A DNA stretch of 64,000 bases from NCBI GenBank assembly GCA_013265495.1, contig MU058337.1:7050716-7114715 (forward strand), in the 5' to 3' direction. Position numbers and translations under genes: made by a program. The notes beneath the pieces are model-generated. The model was not told the origin of the DNA. It did no database searches and was given only the letters and a program-made list of their open reading frames with translations. How positions within the stretch are numbered: the stretch's first letter is position 1; the number at the start of each line of letters is the position of its first letter. Below, in pieces: positions 10,950 through 24,258 of the stretch. The stretch is from Vicugna vicugna. Lineage: Eukaryota.

Positions 10950-13769
10950 GAGGCCCCTGCTGGCTTTTTCATTATTTTTGTCTTTAAATAAATGGGATCA
11001 CTTCAGAGAGATTGATGACTTGATTATATTTTTTAAAAATAACTGATTTGTTAAGAAAGTATTTATTGAGCCCTCATTATATGCAAGCCAGGCTCAGAGA
11101 TTATGCAGGTAAATGTAGCGTGGTTTGTGCCCTCATGGAGTCCAGGTGGGACAGTGTACAGTTAGACCCCGGGACGGAGGGTTTAGGACATAAGGAACAC
11201 GTCTGAAACATTCCCAGGAAGCATATTTAAAATCAGGTATCAATGTCATGGATCTAAGAACTGTGATAGAAAATTAATAAAGGAATTTAATTGTGTGTGT
11301 TCTTTTCTCAAGACGCCAGATTAAACCATGGAACTTTACGGTTCATAGGGACCTGAAAGCTACCTTCTGGTCCGACTCCTCCATTTTCTCCACAGAGTTA
11401 GAAGTGGAAGTATAAAGCCATGAAGTGACCTGCCCAGGGTCACACAACTGAGCAGAGCCAAGTGTTCTGCCCCGTAACCTGACTCTCCCACGCCTCGGGG
11501 AAATAGTTTGTCTTTGGAACTTTACACAAAGCACTCAAATGCTGCCATGCACAACCTTTTCTGTAAGTTAATTATACTCTGGCTCTAAAACAACATTCAC
11601 AGAGTTTTTAGAGGTAGTTTATTTTAAAATTATCCAGCTTAAAAAAAAAAAACCCAGGCATCCAAAAGGAGAAACCATACATAATTTACTATAAAAAGAG
11701 ATTCAAAACACCTGCTTACCACTTTGGGGAGTTTGACATTGTTCACTTTTACATGGTTCCCCTAAGACTTGTGCTTGCGTGTCAGCCCAGATACCACGTG
11801 TCTCTTCCCCTAAATCACGCTACCCTTGACCTGACTCACACCTTGACCTAGCAACTTCTCTTAAAATTTTTGAAGCCTGCATTCAGTTTGCCTCATATCT
11901 TAGGAGTAATGAGTGTTGTGTATTTGAATTAGTTATTTTAAGTCTGCCTTATATTTACATCTTAAGAACTCCATGTCTTAGTCCCCGATCACCATGTTCT
12001 GGATTTAGGGAGCAAGTACCTATTCACCATTCCTTTATCACTTATGATTTCCAAAATCATGGTCAAATCCCTTCAGAGTCTTTACATTTTTAGACTGAAC
12101 ATTTAATATAATCCAGTGTGTTTATAGTCCTGCCTTTGATTTTGTTCCTCATTGGTGAGTCTGTCTTAAAGTGCCACAAACAGGCACACACCTGACTTGT
12201 AGGAGCAGCTGGGCCATGGAATTCATACAAAAGTCAGGCAGTGCTTCCAGTTGCTGAAAGTGCCCTTCCCGAGAATTTCTGCTGTCGATCAGCATTTGGG
12301 GGCATAGTATTGAGCTGAGGCCTTCAGTGTCCACGCCGGTGTTAGTGGGTTGGATCCACCTGATGCTTGTAAGTGTGGAGGGATGAATCTGCACGCTGTT
12401 ACACTGAAGGTGGGGCAGCCACGCGTGTCTGCCTCCCGTCCTTAGCCTACACTTTGCTACATTTGCTAAGGAGGGCTGTGAATCAGAGCCTCTCTCTGAA
12501 CCTGCATCTTAAATAATCAATTTCCTTACTACCGCAGATGGGCCTGCAGAGTTTGGATTGATCGCATAGGACTGTGCCAGACTTGAGTGTTTTATAGGTG
12601 ATGTGCTTGGAATTTACAATAAGTAGTTTTTGAGGAGAATATAAAACAGGCCTCACTGGGGCCTGCTAAGGAGTTCCCAACCCCCAACCCCACTCTGCTT
12701 CTAAGGTCAGCATATTTTAGGTGTTTCTTTTCTAGCATTTATTTTTAGCAACTATAATTTCAGCAGACTCATTTTGAATTTCCTTCCCACCCACACTGGA
12801 TCAAGCAAATTGTTAGCATTCCACAGGTGCTCCTCAGGGAAGCCAGAAACCTGGCAGCTGACAGGATGAATATATACTCTTAAGGTTAGTTGTTGAGCCT
12901 TCAGTCATTTTCTGTCTTAATTAAGCAAGGAAAGAGCTTTCATTTGGAGAGCGAAAGAAGGGTGGTATGGTTCACGTGCTAGGTGGACTCCTGGACTTCC
13001 CTTAAACTGTGTGTGTGAACTCTCTACATGCATGCTGGCGGAATGGTAATGTCCAGACTTCCACCCACGAGTGGGTGTTTTGAATAGTATTTGCTCCATG
13101 CAGAGTGCTGAGAAGAAATGCAGATGGGCTGGAGGGTGCGCCCTCAACCTTGAAGCTGACAGAGTCCTTGAAGAAGGAAGATCTGCAGCTAGAGGGGAGT
13201 GCAGGAAGGTGTGTGTGTGTGAGGTCAGCGTGGCGCTAGAGGTGGGACGTCACCTGAGCTTAGAAGGACGCCTCCTCTGGGGAGGAGAATGCGCGTCAGG
13301 CAGGGAAAGGAGCTTGTGCCCAAGAGAGGCCCCTGTGGGCGAGCTCAGGCTGGGGGTAGAGGAGAAGAGTGGAAAACAGATGAACTCAGAAACAACGGTG
13401 AGATTATGGGGAGTTTTGCAGCCAAGTAGTAGACGATTTGGTAGCGACCATAGAGATCAAGTAGTGACGAGATGAAAGGGAGGAGAGATATTAGCAGAGT
13501 GGTGTGGAAGCTTTTATATCAATGAGTCTACCTTCCTCCTGGAGTTGAAATTGTCTGTGGAACAGGTTAATGCACCTGTCATTGTTTATATGTCTTTGAT
13601 TTTTTTTTTCCAGCCCTCTAACTGCACTAATATGAATGGTGTTCTGGTGATGTTGGTAAAGATGTAGTGTGGAGAGGGATGAGGTGGGACTGGGGGTGAG
13701 GATGCAGAGCGTGGTGAATGAGGAAGAGAGGACTTGGAGACAACTGATGGTTTGACCTGGCCGCTGTAC

Positions 13770-14320
13770 TTCTGAGTATTCACTGATGAGAAGTGGAAAC
13801 ATATATCCACACAAAGCCCTGTACGCAAACAGCATAGCAGCTTTATTCACAACAGCCGGCAACTGGAAACGTCTGTTCACTGGTGAATGATAGGCACATT
13901 GTGGCAACTCCATGCAGCGAAATACTGCGTAGTAATAAGAAGGAACAAAATATTGATTTGATTTCCATCCAATAACATGGATCTATCTCGAAAGCATTAT
14001 GTTAAGGGAAGGAAGTCACCGTGGTCACATATACACGATGTGCTATACTCTGTATGAGTTTGTTTGTATGACATTCTACAAAAAGGAAAACTTCAACTTC
14101 AGGGAGAAAAAACAGAGCAGTGGTTTCCAGGGGCTGGGGTGGGGAAGGGACTCAAAGGGACAAGAGGAGATTTTTGGCTGCTAAAAATGGACTTTGTGTT
14201 GGCTGGGGTGGTAGTTACACAGTTGTGTTTCACTTGTCCAGATTAACCAAACTATATACCCTGAAAGGGTGAATTTTAGTGTATATAAATTAAACCTCAG
14301 TAAATCTGACCTAAACCAAA
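13770..14320 (+). mobile_element. L1M-type LINE 3' fragment
   Basis: gcagctttattcacaacagcc…aactggaaac…gcattatgttaagggaaggaag…cagtggtttccagggg L1 3'UTR-like motifs. Confidence 0.6.
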
Positions 14321-15869
14321 CAGAACATGTTAAAGTCAGATTTGAATGGGGGAGAAAGGCCACCTAGATGCTGAGTGGTAGCATATAGTGGACTGGAGCT
14401 TTTGAGAGAGAGAATCATGGTTTACCAGGGAAGGGGGAAGGTGGTGAGTTCTGCTTGGGAGACCTTTAGCTGTAGAGCAATAGGTTCAGCTGCTGTGACA
14501 GAGATCTAACATAACAGTGGGTTAAACAAACAAAAAGTTCATTTCTTCTCACATGAAAGTCCAGGGTAGTATGGGGGTTCCGTCCCACAGTTATGGGGGC
14601 CCAGACTTTCTCCGTCTAATACCTTTGTCCACCTGGAGTACTGCTCGTCCTCCTGATCTGCCGGGGTCACCACCGCATCCATGTGGGGCCAGCACGAAGG
14701 GGAAGGCACATCTTTTCTCCTGAGGATAGGGCACCAACGGGGTCCAGAGAGAAGCACGGAGAGGTTAGAGAGAAAACCAATTTTTACACATAAAAATAAC
14801 AACAAGATAGAGGAAAGAAAAAGTTGTAGGAGAAAAGGAAGAGAGAAGTGATGTAGGGATTCCAGTAAGAGTGGTAACTTCAGACTTCTGGGAAATGTCA
14901 TCAGATTCCTTGTCTACCCCACTATTTTTCTGTTTCTGCACCCTACTATTTGCTAAGCAAGAAGAATGAAGTTTATTAGCTAACAGTCTTATTTATTATA
15001 GCTCACAGAGCCATAAAACAGCCCACAGAAAAGAGGTCTCTAAACCCGAGAGAGTAACAGAACACAGTAAGGAATGAAGAATCGAGCAGGTGGAGGCTGT
15101 CATGATGTCCTTGTACACAGGGTAGCGATTTGGTCAACAGTCAATGTCAGAACCCAGACGGCATGACGCACAGGCTGTGGTGCAGCCCCTCGCTGGCGCC
15201 CACAGAGACTTGGCTGTCAGCGGTGGGGCTCACAGGGCCCTTGGCTGCCAGGCCGAGTGTGAGTGGTCAGGAAGACCCCACTCAGCCCAGGAGCTGAGCA
15301 GCCAGCAGGAGTTCAGAGGTGTCAGGCTCACAGCAGGGTGGGGGGCCTGGAGCACAGCGGGTCAGCTGGAGGAGGCAGGTCTGGTGTGGTCAGGTGCTGG
15401 ATGGACAGACCCCGCAGCAGCAGTGTTTGTTGGAGGCGCAGATGGTGGTGGCCGGGCCATCAGGGACACTGCAGCACTGAGGGGAGATCCAGCAGCTGGA
15501 CATGGTCAGGAGGTGGGGCTCAGTCTTCTGGTGTCTTAATGTCCTCTCTGAGCCAGTGCTGATACACTTACTCCCCTAGACATCAGCTCATTTTCCTAGA
15601 CTGTGTTGTTCTTTTTCAGTTCATAGTAATTTCCATAAAATCATCTAAATACCTCAGTCTTTATTATCCTTACACATGTGCCTTACGTCATTGCTTTGTT
15701 GCCAAATTAGGACTTTTGACAATAGCTGTTTGTCACTGCAGGGAGGGCTTCATTCCATCCTTCAAAGGCACTGAGTTGTCATCTCCTAATCACTGTACAG
15801 CATTGTTGGTTGGTTTGTATGTTAATTATATACCATTCTTCACCATGTTTCTTCCCTTTTAATAAAAAA

Positions 15870-16640
15870 AAAGTTATTAGAGGAAATTTTGAATAAATAT
15901 AAAAGGAAAGGGAATAGTTTAATGAATCACATGTCCCTGTCACCCACCTGTCTTCAACAGTTATCAACTCTGCCACTCTTGCTTTATGTATCCACATTCA
16001 TACTTCTTTTTTTCCTGGAGTATTTTGAAAGCAATTTCCAAATATTTTATCATTTCATCTGTAAAATGTTAGTGTATGATATCCATTGGTTAAGTTTTCT
16101 AGGAAGATATTAACCATTGCACCATTATGGCACTCAGTAACTGAGTTAGTGTCATCCACTCCATCTATATTCAGCTTTCCCCAGGTGTCTCAAAAATGTC
16201 ATTTTATAGTTGGTTGGTCTGAATCAGGATCTAAACATAGTCCACACATCGCATTGGGTTTATGTGTCCCTGGTTTCTCAGATCCTCAAACTGCTCCCTC
16301 TCCAATAGTTTTTTTGTTTTTGTTCTTTAATGCAGTGTATTTGTTGAAGAAAGCAAGCCATTTGTCCTGCAGAATTTCCAGCATTCTAGATTTAGCCAGT
16401 TGTAACCTTGCAGTGATACATGATGTGGTTCTCTGTACCCTCTGTTTACTGTAAACTTGTATAGTGGTATCTTGAGGCTTAATTCCACTCAGGTTTGATC
16501 TTCTTTGTGGCAAGGACATGTCACAGCTGGTGCTGCTGTATCTCATCAGGAAGCATAGGATGCCAGTTGTCCCACTTTTAGTTACGAGAATATTGACCAG
16601 TAGGTTTCATGGGGTCCACCTCTTCCTTCCATTATTGAGT
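15870..16640 (-). mobile_element. Old L1 (L1MC/ME-like) fragment
   Basis: degenerate L1 3' region motifs (gaatcaggatctaaaca…cacatcgcattgggtt; ttgtcctgcagaatttcc). Confidence 0.5.
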
Positions 16641-17124
16641 TCCCCAGCCACTTTTCATAATTTACACAGCTGTTGAGTCAGCCCTGTTCTGAAGGCTTTT
16701 CTTAGGAGACCTCTTTTTTTAGGAGTGGCCAGCTTGGGTAGCTGGCACTCATGCCTGGTGGTTAGAGTTGGCCTTGCCTGGGGTCCTGGAAGCTGTCTAC
16801 TGAGGCTGACTTCTCAGAATACAGAGTTACTGGTTTTCACACATGGAACAAAATCCTTTTAGAATTTCAAATTTTACTGCTCTATTTTTGAAAGTAGCTA
16901 AACTCCAAATTCTGATGACTTGATCTTTTCCTCACTAGATTCTTGAGTTTAAATACATTTACAAAAATTGTCTTGTTACTGCTTTGAGAATTGAGAGTGT
17001 TCTAAAGCCGGCATTTCACAATGTCATAATAAGTTCTGGTATTTAATGCATAAATTACTGCATGCTTTCACAGCAGAGATACCTAGGCTTCATCTAGTTT
17101 TACAAAATGTTGTTTGTTTAATAT

Positions 17125-17560
17125 TAGGATACTGGTTTGGCTGCTCCAAAACAGGCCAAAATAAAGTGGCTTAAATAAGACAGACAGTTCATTATTCTCT
17201 TCTGCAAAATTACGAGCCAGTAGGCAGCTTAGAAAGTGGGGAGCATGTCCCCCAGGGTCATTCAGAGACTCAAGCTCCAATCCAATTATCCAGCCCAGGT
17301 GTCACCGTCGTCTGCATGGTGGAGAAGCTGGCTCACCAGCACCCCACATTCCAGGCAGTGGTGAGGAGAAGGACTTAGAAGGAAAGCAGCTCCTTTTATG
17401 GCCATGGCTGGGAGAGGCAGGTGTCATTTCCTCTTACAGCCCATTGACCAGAACTAGTCACATGGCCCTTATCTAGCCACAAGTTGTGCTGGGAATTGTA
17501 GTCTCTGGCTGGGCAGCCATGTGCCCCTGTAAAACCCAAGAGATTCACTACGAAAAGGGA
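17125..17560 (-). mobile_element. Old MaLR LTR (MLT1J/K-like) remnant
   Basis: ggctgct…aaagtggcttaaataagacag… and cccattgaccagaactagtcacatggcc…ctgggaattgtagtct motifs. Confidence 0.55.
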
Positions 17561-18512
17561 GAAGGAAAGGAAGGATATTAAAAATCAGTTAGTATTCTTT
17601 ACTGAATCTCTCCAAGCCTTGGTTTCCTTATCTGTCAGGTGGGGATGAAACCCGCCCCACTGTTGTGGCTGTTAGAATCACACGCATGCGTGGATCAGTG
17701 TCCTAGGGCGTCTGGCTCAGCCTTCTTCCCACCCCTCAGTAAATTGTTCTAGGTATCGGGGCAGGAGAAGGGGCAGCGTGGCATCACAGAGCAGAAAGAG
17801 CACAGGCTTAGAACTCACTGTAGATCTGGGTTTGAATCTTTGTTATTATTAGCTGTGTGACTGAAGACACATTTACCCAGCCTCTGACCCTCTGTAAAAT
17901 GAGGGTTAAAAGTTTGTAAGAGTTTAATGAAAAGTATATAAAATTACTTAGTGCAGTGTCTGGTGTATAGAAGATACACGGTTAAGTAGTAGCTAATTGC
18001 TAAGTGATCTCTGTGTAATTTCTTAGGTAAGCATGCCTGAGGGGGAAAACTTATTATGTAAAGTTAATTTAAAGAGACTGCTTCTAAGCAGTTTCAACTA
18101 GTGACATACAATCACCATTCCATGTATTTTCAGTTTGAATACTTGAATCTTAAACCTAAACCAGTGTTCTCTAAAGAAATCTCTGAAAGGTACAGGCATT
18201 AGAATCACCCAGAGTAAAATGCAATAAAAACGCAGGTCTGATCAGAATCTCTGGGAGTAAAGGTGCATTTTTATAAATACTTCCATGGTGGTCTTTATCA
18301 TGCTGAAGTCTAAGACGTCAGGTCTAATCCACAGCACTTATGTGAAGTATTAGAATACTTATACAGTACTTTGAGAGAAGAGAGAATAATTTATTTTATC
18401 TAATTTCAGATAAATAAGATGGGATTTTTAAATGAACTCAGGGATGAGATTTTTTTCCCCCAAAAGGCTACAACTTAAAAAATAATGAATGTTTGCTCTA
18501 AATTGTTTTTAG

Positions 18513-18659
18513 TTATTACGAAACCAGAGATTTCCCGCATCATATCATCATGCAGTGGAAACTGTTGTGAATATGCTGATGCCACACATCACTCAGAAGT
18601 TTCGAGATAACCCAGAGGCGTCTAAGAATGCGAATCATAGCCTGGCTGTGTTCATCAAG
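18513..18659 (+). CDS. DOCK9: DOCK9 exon: LLRNQRFPASYHHAVETVVNMLMPHITQKFRDNPEASKNANHSLAVFIK
   Basis: ttttag| … |gtgggg; 147 nt. Confidence 0.95.
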
Positions 18660-18871
18660 GTGGGGGCCTTCAGGGGAGAGGGGATCCGCCTAGTGCCTAG
18701 CACGCTCTTTCTAGCAGAGTGACTCCTGCATAGCAGGTGCTCACTTAATGTTGATGGCAGGTTTTTATGGTAAAGGATAAATGTATTCACAAGAAATGCT
18801 GATTTCAACCCAACTTTCACACCAAAATTGGGACGTAAATACTTAACCTTTTTGGGTTGTTTGCTCCGCAG

Positions 18872-18955
18872 AGATGTTTCACCTTCATGGACAGGGGCTT
18901 CGTCTTTAAGCAGATCAACAACTACATCAGCTGCTTTGCTCCTGGAGATCCTAAG
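18872..18955 (+). CDS. DOCK9: DOCK9 exon: [28 protein letters not shown]
   Basis: ccgcag| … |gtagag; 84 nt. Confidence 0.95.
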
Positions 18956-18957
18956 GT

Positions 18958-18960
<3 letters not shown>

Positions 18961-18994
<34 letters not shown>
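18961..18994 (+). repeat. (GT)17 microsatellite starting at +6 of the intron
   Basis: read directly. Confidence 0.95.
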
Positions 18995-18996
<2 letters not shown>

Positions 18997-19671
18997 GTTA
19001 CACGTTGTTCTTTCTTCCTCACTGAGTGCCATCTGATACCCACCTATTTCTCTAGGTTCACATCAGTATTTTCTTTCAGTCCCAGAGGCACAATTCACTC
19101 CCCTCTCTGGGAGATACTAACTAGTACTAACTAGTACTTGCATTAATGTGTGAGATACAATAGGGACACAGTAATTCCAAACATAACATAAACATACCTA
19201 TTGATTTTTCTCATAAATACCTGAAATGACTTCTCAGCTGCAAAACTAAAAGTATCTGTGGTGTGAATCATAGTTTATTTATCAAGGTAACAGAGTAACC
19301 ATGTAGCCTTTCTCTGCTAGAATTATCTGTCTCTTCCCTTGTGTGTCTATTTTAAAGCTCTGCCTTACTCATTTATTAATTGCATTGAATCTGTCTATGA
19401 TTATAAGCTGTCTGAAATCCTTTACTGAAGTAGGAGGAACATAAAAAATAAATGCCCTAAAAGTCAGTGGAGGATATTGTTTAATGAAATGCATTCCGTT
19501 TTCAAACAAATCCCTGCAGCTATTCTGAAACCTGCACAATAGCCTGGAGCATGCAGTTCTCAGAGAGAGAAGAGGCTAAAGACTGGCTGTGTGATTCCTG
19601 GAGGTTTTTAGGATGCTGTATAAAGTATCCACTGAGGTGTTTAACTTATGACTAACCATTTTTTCCTGCAG

Positions 19672-19783
19672 ACCCTGTTTGAATACAAATTTGAATTTCT
19701 CCGTGTGGTGTGCAATCATGAACATTATATTCCTTTGAATTTACCAATGCCATTTGGAAAAGGCAGGATTCAAAGATATCAAG
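19672..19783 (+). CDS. DOCK9: DOCK9 exon: [37 protein letters not shown]
   Basis: branch-like gactaac at 19650-19656, ctgcag| … |gtaatc; 112 nt, phase 0 to 1. Confidence 0.95.
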
Positions 19784-20115
19784 GTAATCTCTGTTTAAAT
19801 ATATTAATCCTAGTCTTTTCAGAAAGATAGCCATTCATTTTTAATAACAAAAGAGAATTAGTTCAAACATGACATTAGAATTACCTGATTTTTTCATTGA
19901 TGAATTAATTTTTTTCTTGTTAAGTTTCCATTTTGAAAAAATGGATGAAGTGTTATATGGGAACTTACTGTTTTTAGCAAACTTACCAGACTACAGATCA
20001 TGCCACTGTGACTCTTTTTCATTGAAAAATTCCATTGCTTAAACAATAGAAATCCATTTTATTTACTGCAGTTTATTTTCATTTGTTTCATTTTTCCTTT
20101 TTTCTTACGAATTAG

Positions 20116-20157
20116 CTTTTCTTTCACCAACTGTGGAGTCAAATGACACTCCTGTAG
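20116..20157 (+). CDS. DOCK9: Candidate alternative DOCK9 cassette exon (42 nt): AFLSPTVESNDTPV
   Basis: long U-rich tract and attag| acceptor, TAG|gtaggt donor; phase 1/1 fits the host intron; no stop. Confidence 0.7.
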   Translation, partial: LFFHQLWSQMTLL

Positions 20158-22957
20158 GTAGGTGTGGGGTGTGACGCTTGCTTTCTTGCATTTTCCTACT
20201 TTAAAAGAAAAAGAATGCAAGTGATTGCTGAAATGCTTCCGTATGCTATTCATTTAGGCATTTCCCATATACTTGGATCAGTTTTAAAATTCATGACAAA
20301 CCAGTGAATTTGTTCCCACTGTCAGTGAGACATTGCAATAACATCCCTGGGAGGCATCTTGGTTTTTGCTCCTGGGGCTGCTAGGTCCTCTAGGATGTTT
20401 CTTTAAGAAGTAAAGCGAACGAAAAGCTCTGCTTCACTTCAAAACTGTATTATTCCACCACTTTCATAGTCCTTGTTTCTAGCAGTAGCAGTAACCTATG
20501 TCACAAGCAACACGGCTTTTCACATGCTTTTTGTTTGCATGTTGAGTCTTTATTAACTGTTCCACATCCTAGAGATTTCTTTGTCTTCATCGAGTAAGTC
20601 AGATGAATCAAATTAGTCTGTCAAGTCTGTCAAGTAATAGTTACTGAGTTTAGTGCCTTGTATGTGCTCAGGATTATTTATGCTAAAGGAGAGAAATGGT
20701 AGAAGGATGCCACCAAACTCTCAATGACACCTCAATCAGCTGACTCTGAAATTGAGAGAGAGACACAGAGAGGCATTCATCCAGAGACATAAGTAGCTTC
20801 CCCCCGGACAGACTTGGGCTGCCTTTCAAAGAGCAGGAAGGGGGTCTGTGGCCTGAAGTTGGCTCTCATGCATGTGACAAATATGTATTTACCTGGCACC
20901 AACTACACCTGGCCTTGGGATACAGTTGTGGACAACAAGGATGACGTCCCCAGCTGTCTTACCTGTGTGACATACATAGAACATTAGAGATAAGTGCTGA
21001 GGAGAGAAAAATAAAGCAAGGGAAGGTGATAGGAAATGGGGTGGCGTTTGAGATCAGGTGGCCAGGAAAAGCCTCACTGAGGTGACTTCTGGGTGATAAT
21101 TGAAGAAAGCGAGGGGTTGAGCATTCTAGGCCCAGGGAACCGCTGTCCATTCAGCATCCCCATCCAACCTGGCCCCCCACCCGTCTCACTCACACGGTTC
21201 CCCACACGTCAGAGACACCTGCCACTCCCAGCTCTTCAAGCACGGCACGCCCACCCGACACTTCTTCACCTCAACCAGCACCTCCCTGTGAGAGCCTCAT
21301 CCTCCTCCCGGCCAGTCACTCAGCACCTCTGAGGTGGGGCTGGCTGGGTCTCCCCCTCCCCTCTCCCAGGGCCCCTCCTGGAGTGAATTGCTTCCCACCC
21401 TGCACTCCAGACTAGTCACCCCCACCTCACCCACTGTCCACAAATAGCCCACCTGAATTGGAGACCACGACTCTCTTTTCCTCTCACCTGTCAGGGTGCT
21501 GAGGACAGCTCTTCACGCCCAGTGGCTGGGGAGTGAATGTGTGCTAATGCCTGTCCTCCCCTCTGACCTGGCAGGCCCAGTGGTTTATTCTGCAGGACTG
21601 AGTGAGGCGGAGACCCTTCAGGTACCCTGCAGACACTCACAGGCTCTTAGTAGGCTGTCAGGGTACTTGGTGGCTAGAAGGGCTGCCCTAGGCGGGTAGC
21701 CTGGGTCACCTACAGATAATTTCCATGACTGCACTGATAGGAATAAGGGTGTTTTTTTTTTCTGCATTCTCCTTCCTCTCACCCTTCTCACCTGCTCCTC
21801 CACTTTTCTCTCTGTGCACGCACACATACACACGTGTACAGTTACACCCATAAATAGTCTTCTTCTGTGAATTCAAGCTGTGAACTGTCTTTTCAATAAA
21901 CTGGGCTTAAAAATCATAAACTGTCGACATGAGTATTCCAGGATGATGAACACTCTTTCCCTTCCTTCTGTTGAAGGGTTTCATAGGACTTGGGTCAGAC
22001 AGACCTTGATTAGGTTTAGAAGCAAGTATCTAAAACAGAATTAAAGTCAAAGGAGAGGCCTATAGATTTTCCTGTAACAATGGATTCAGTATGAGAATTT
22101 AAATCCGAGCTACAGCTTACTGGAAAGGTGTGTTTCAACTTCAAAGTGTGATGTTCAGCTGCTTTGATTTGCCCTGCCTCAGTGGAGTTCACGTTTGTGT
22201 CTCTCTCTTTTCCAGAGGAGCTTTCAGTCTTTTCACTTAGCTTGCTGATGATTTACTAGTTTGATTTGGTACTTTGTCCATTTTAGTTCTAATTTTAATA
22301 TAAATGAAACTAACATGTTTTCAATTTGCTTTTTGAAGTACAGAAGTTTTAAGAGTATATTATAGAAAATTCTAAGTTAAATTAGATCTTCATTCAGTGA
22401 TAGCAAAATAGGTTCTGTGCTAACTCGTTCATTTTACACAGTTGGGTTTTAATGAGGGTAGATGGACATTAATGACAAGGAAATAGATAAATGAAGTCAT
22501 GTGTGAAGAAATTCTAAGAGACCATGTATATTTATTCTTTAATTACGTGTTTGTTATGCACGTATTACTTCTCTATAATGTTGTCAATTAGTACAGCTTT
22601 ATTTTTAAATTTTGTATCAATAACAAAATTGCATTAGTAGTATAACATACTGTTCTATATTCTGAAAATTGGTACTAAAACTTTTCACTAACTCAGTAAT
22701 TATGTAGGATGTAATATCTCCCAAAATCAAAATCCAGTGCATTTATTTGTATTTAAATTTTGTTTTCATTTAGGAGTTCAGTGTGTTAAGAAGTAGAGTA
22801 GTATTTTAGATAATCAACACTTGCCTGTTCAAAGCCAAGTCTAATCATCTGCTGACACACACAGAGGGGCTGGATGCAGAGGGTGGGCTTGGTTTTTATT
22901 TTTTCTCAGAGAGCGCTGCAACCTCTCTAACTGGAGCGGTTTCTATCCTCATTTCAG

Positions 22958-23136
22958 ACCTCCAGCTTGACTACGCATTAACGGATGAGTTCTGCAGAAA
23001 CCACTTCTTGGTGGGACTGTTACTGAGGGAGGTGGGGACCGCCCTCCAGGAGTTCAGGGAGGTCCGGCTGATTGCCATCAGCGTGCTCAAGAACCTGCTG
23101 ATAAAGCATTCTTTTGACGACAGATATGCTTCCAGG
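22958..23136 (+). CDS. DOCK9: DOCK9 exon: [60 protein letters not shown]
   Basis: tttcag| … |gtgagt; 179 nt, phase 1 to 0. Confidence 0.95.
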
Positions 23137-23379
23137 GTGAGTCATCCCTGATGGGAGGAAATGTGGATGGAGAAATGTCTTTCATTTTGAGTAATATAAA
23201 GAAAATAAGCAAAGAGAAAATGAGTGGTAACCACACTAAGACTCTTCTCTGTTTATGTAATAAAATCTAATAGCAGATCCTTATAGGAAGGGTGCAAATA
23301 CAGGAGATCGCCAGTGCCAGCTCAGCGCATCATCTCTTCTCAGAGTCTGGGATAACTTACACTGTGTGCTTTGTTTCAG

Positions 23380-23493
23380 AGCCATCAAGCCAGGATAGCC
23401 ACTCTCTACCTGCCTCTGTTTGGTCTGTTGATTGAGAATGTCCAGCGGATCAATGTGAGAGACGTGTCTCCCTTCCCTGTGAACCCTGGCAGT
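23380..23493 (+). CDS. DOCK9: DOCK9 exon: SHQARIATLYLPLFGLLIENVQRINVRDVSPFPVNPGS
   Basis: tttcag| … |gtacgt; 114 nt. Confidence 0.93.
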
Positions 23494-23523
23494 GTACGTA
23501 CGCACAGTCACACACACACTTCC

Positions 23524-23988
23524 TGTATTTGTTTCCTGTGGCTGCCCTAGTACCACAAACTGGGTGGCTACAAACGACAGAAATTCATTCTTTCACAGCC
23601 AGAAGGCCAGAAATCCAAAATCAAGGTGTCAATTGGATTGATACCTTCTGGAGGCTCTGGTTGAAGAGTCGGTTCCCTGCCTGTGTCCTAGCTTCTGGTG
23701 GTTGCCCAGAATCCTTGCGTTCTTTGGCTTGTAGCTACATCACTCCAGTCTCTGCCTCTGTCTTCACATGGTGTTCTCCCTGGTGTGGGTCTGTGTCTCT
23801 GGGGTCCTGTCCTGTCCTTATAAGGACACCAGTACTTGGATTTAGGGCCCACCCTAATCCAGGATGACCTCATCTTATCTTACATTTTAATTACGTCTGC
23901 AAAGACTCTATTTCAAATAAGGTCACATTCTGAGGTTCTGCGTGGATGTGAATTTGAGAGGGGAGCTACGACACACTATTCAACTATA
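23524..23988 (-). mobile_element. ERVL-MaLR solo LTR (MLT1B/C-like)
   Basis: tgtatttgtttcctgtggctgc…taccacaaactgggtggct…ttataaggacaccagt…gtcacattctgaggt. Confidence 0.75.
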
Positions 23989-24088
23989 CACCTCCCATTT
24001 TTGCCCCTAAAACCATCATAATCTACAATATTGTTGGTAAATTGCATTTCTGGCTAAGATGGGGTCAGTCAGTAAACCTTCTACTCTT

Positions 24089-24258
24089 TTTGTGTGTGTG
24101 TGTATGTGTGTTTTTCTTGTTTTCTTTGTTTTTCTTTGCAGGGGGTAATTAAGCTTAGTTATTTATTTATTTATTTTTAGAGGAGGTGCTGGGGATTGAA
24201 CCCAGGACCTCGTGTGTGCTAAGCATGTGCTCTGCCACTTGAGCTTTACCCTACCCTC
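24089..24258 (-). mobile_element. tRNA-derived SINE (camelid Vic-1-like), antisense
   Basis: tRNA-like A/B boxes on the minus strand, A-rich tail; TSD aaccttctactctt (24075-24088) / aaccttcaactctt (24259-24272). Confidence 0.85.

Noticed and set aside
15144..15562. Overlapping 131-aa and 99-aa ORFs in a G-rich intronic stretch
   Set aside because: No recognisable homology or convincing splice sites; probably low-complexity or old LTR-derived sequence.
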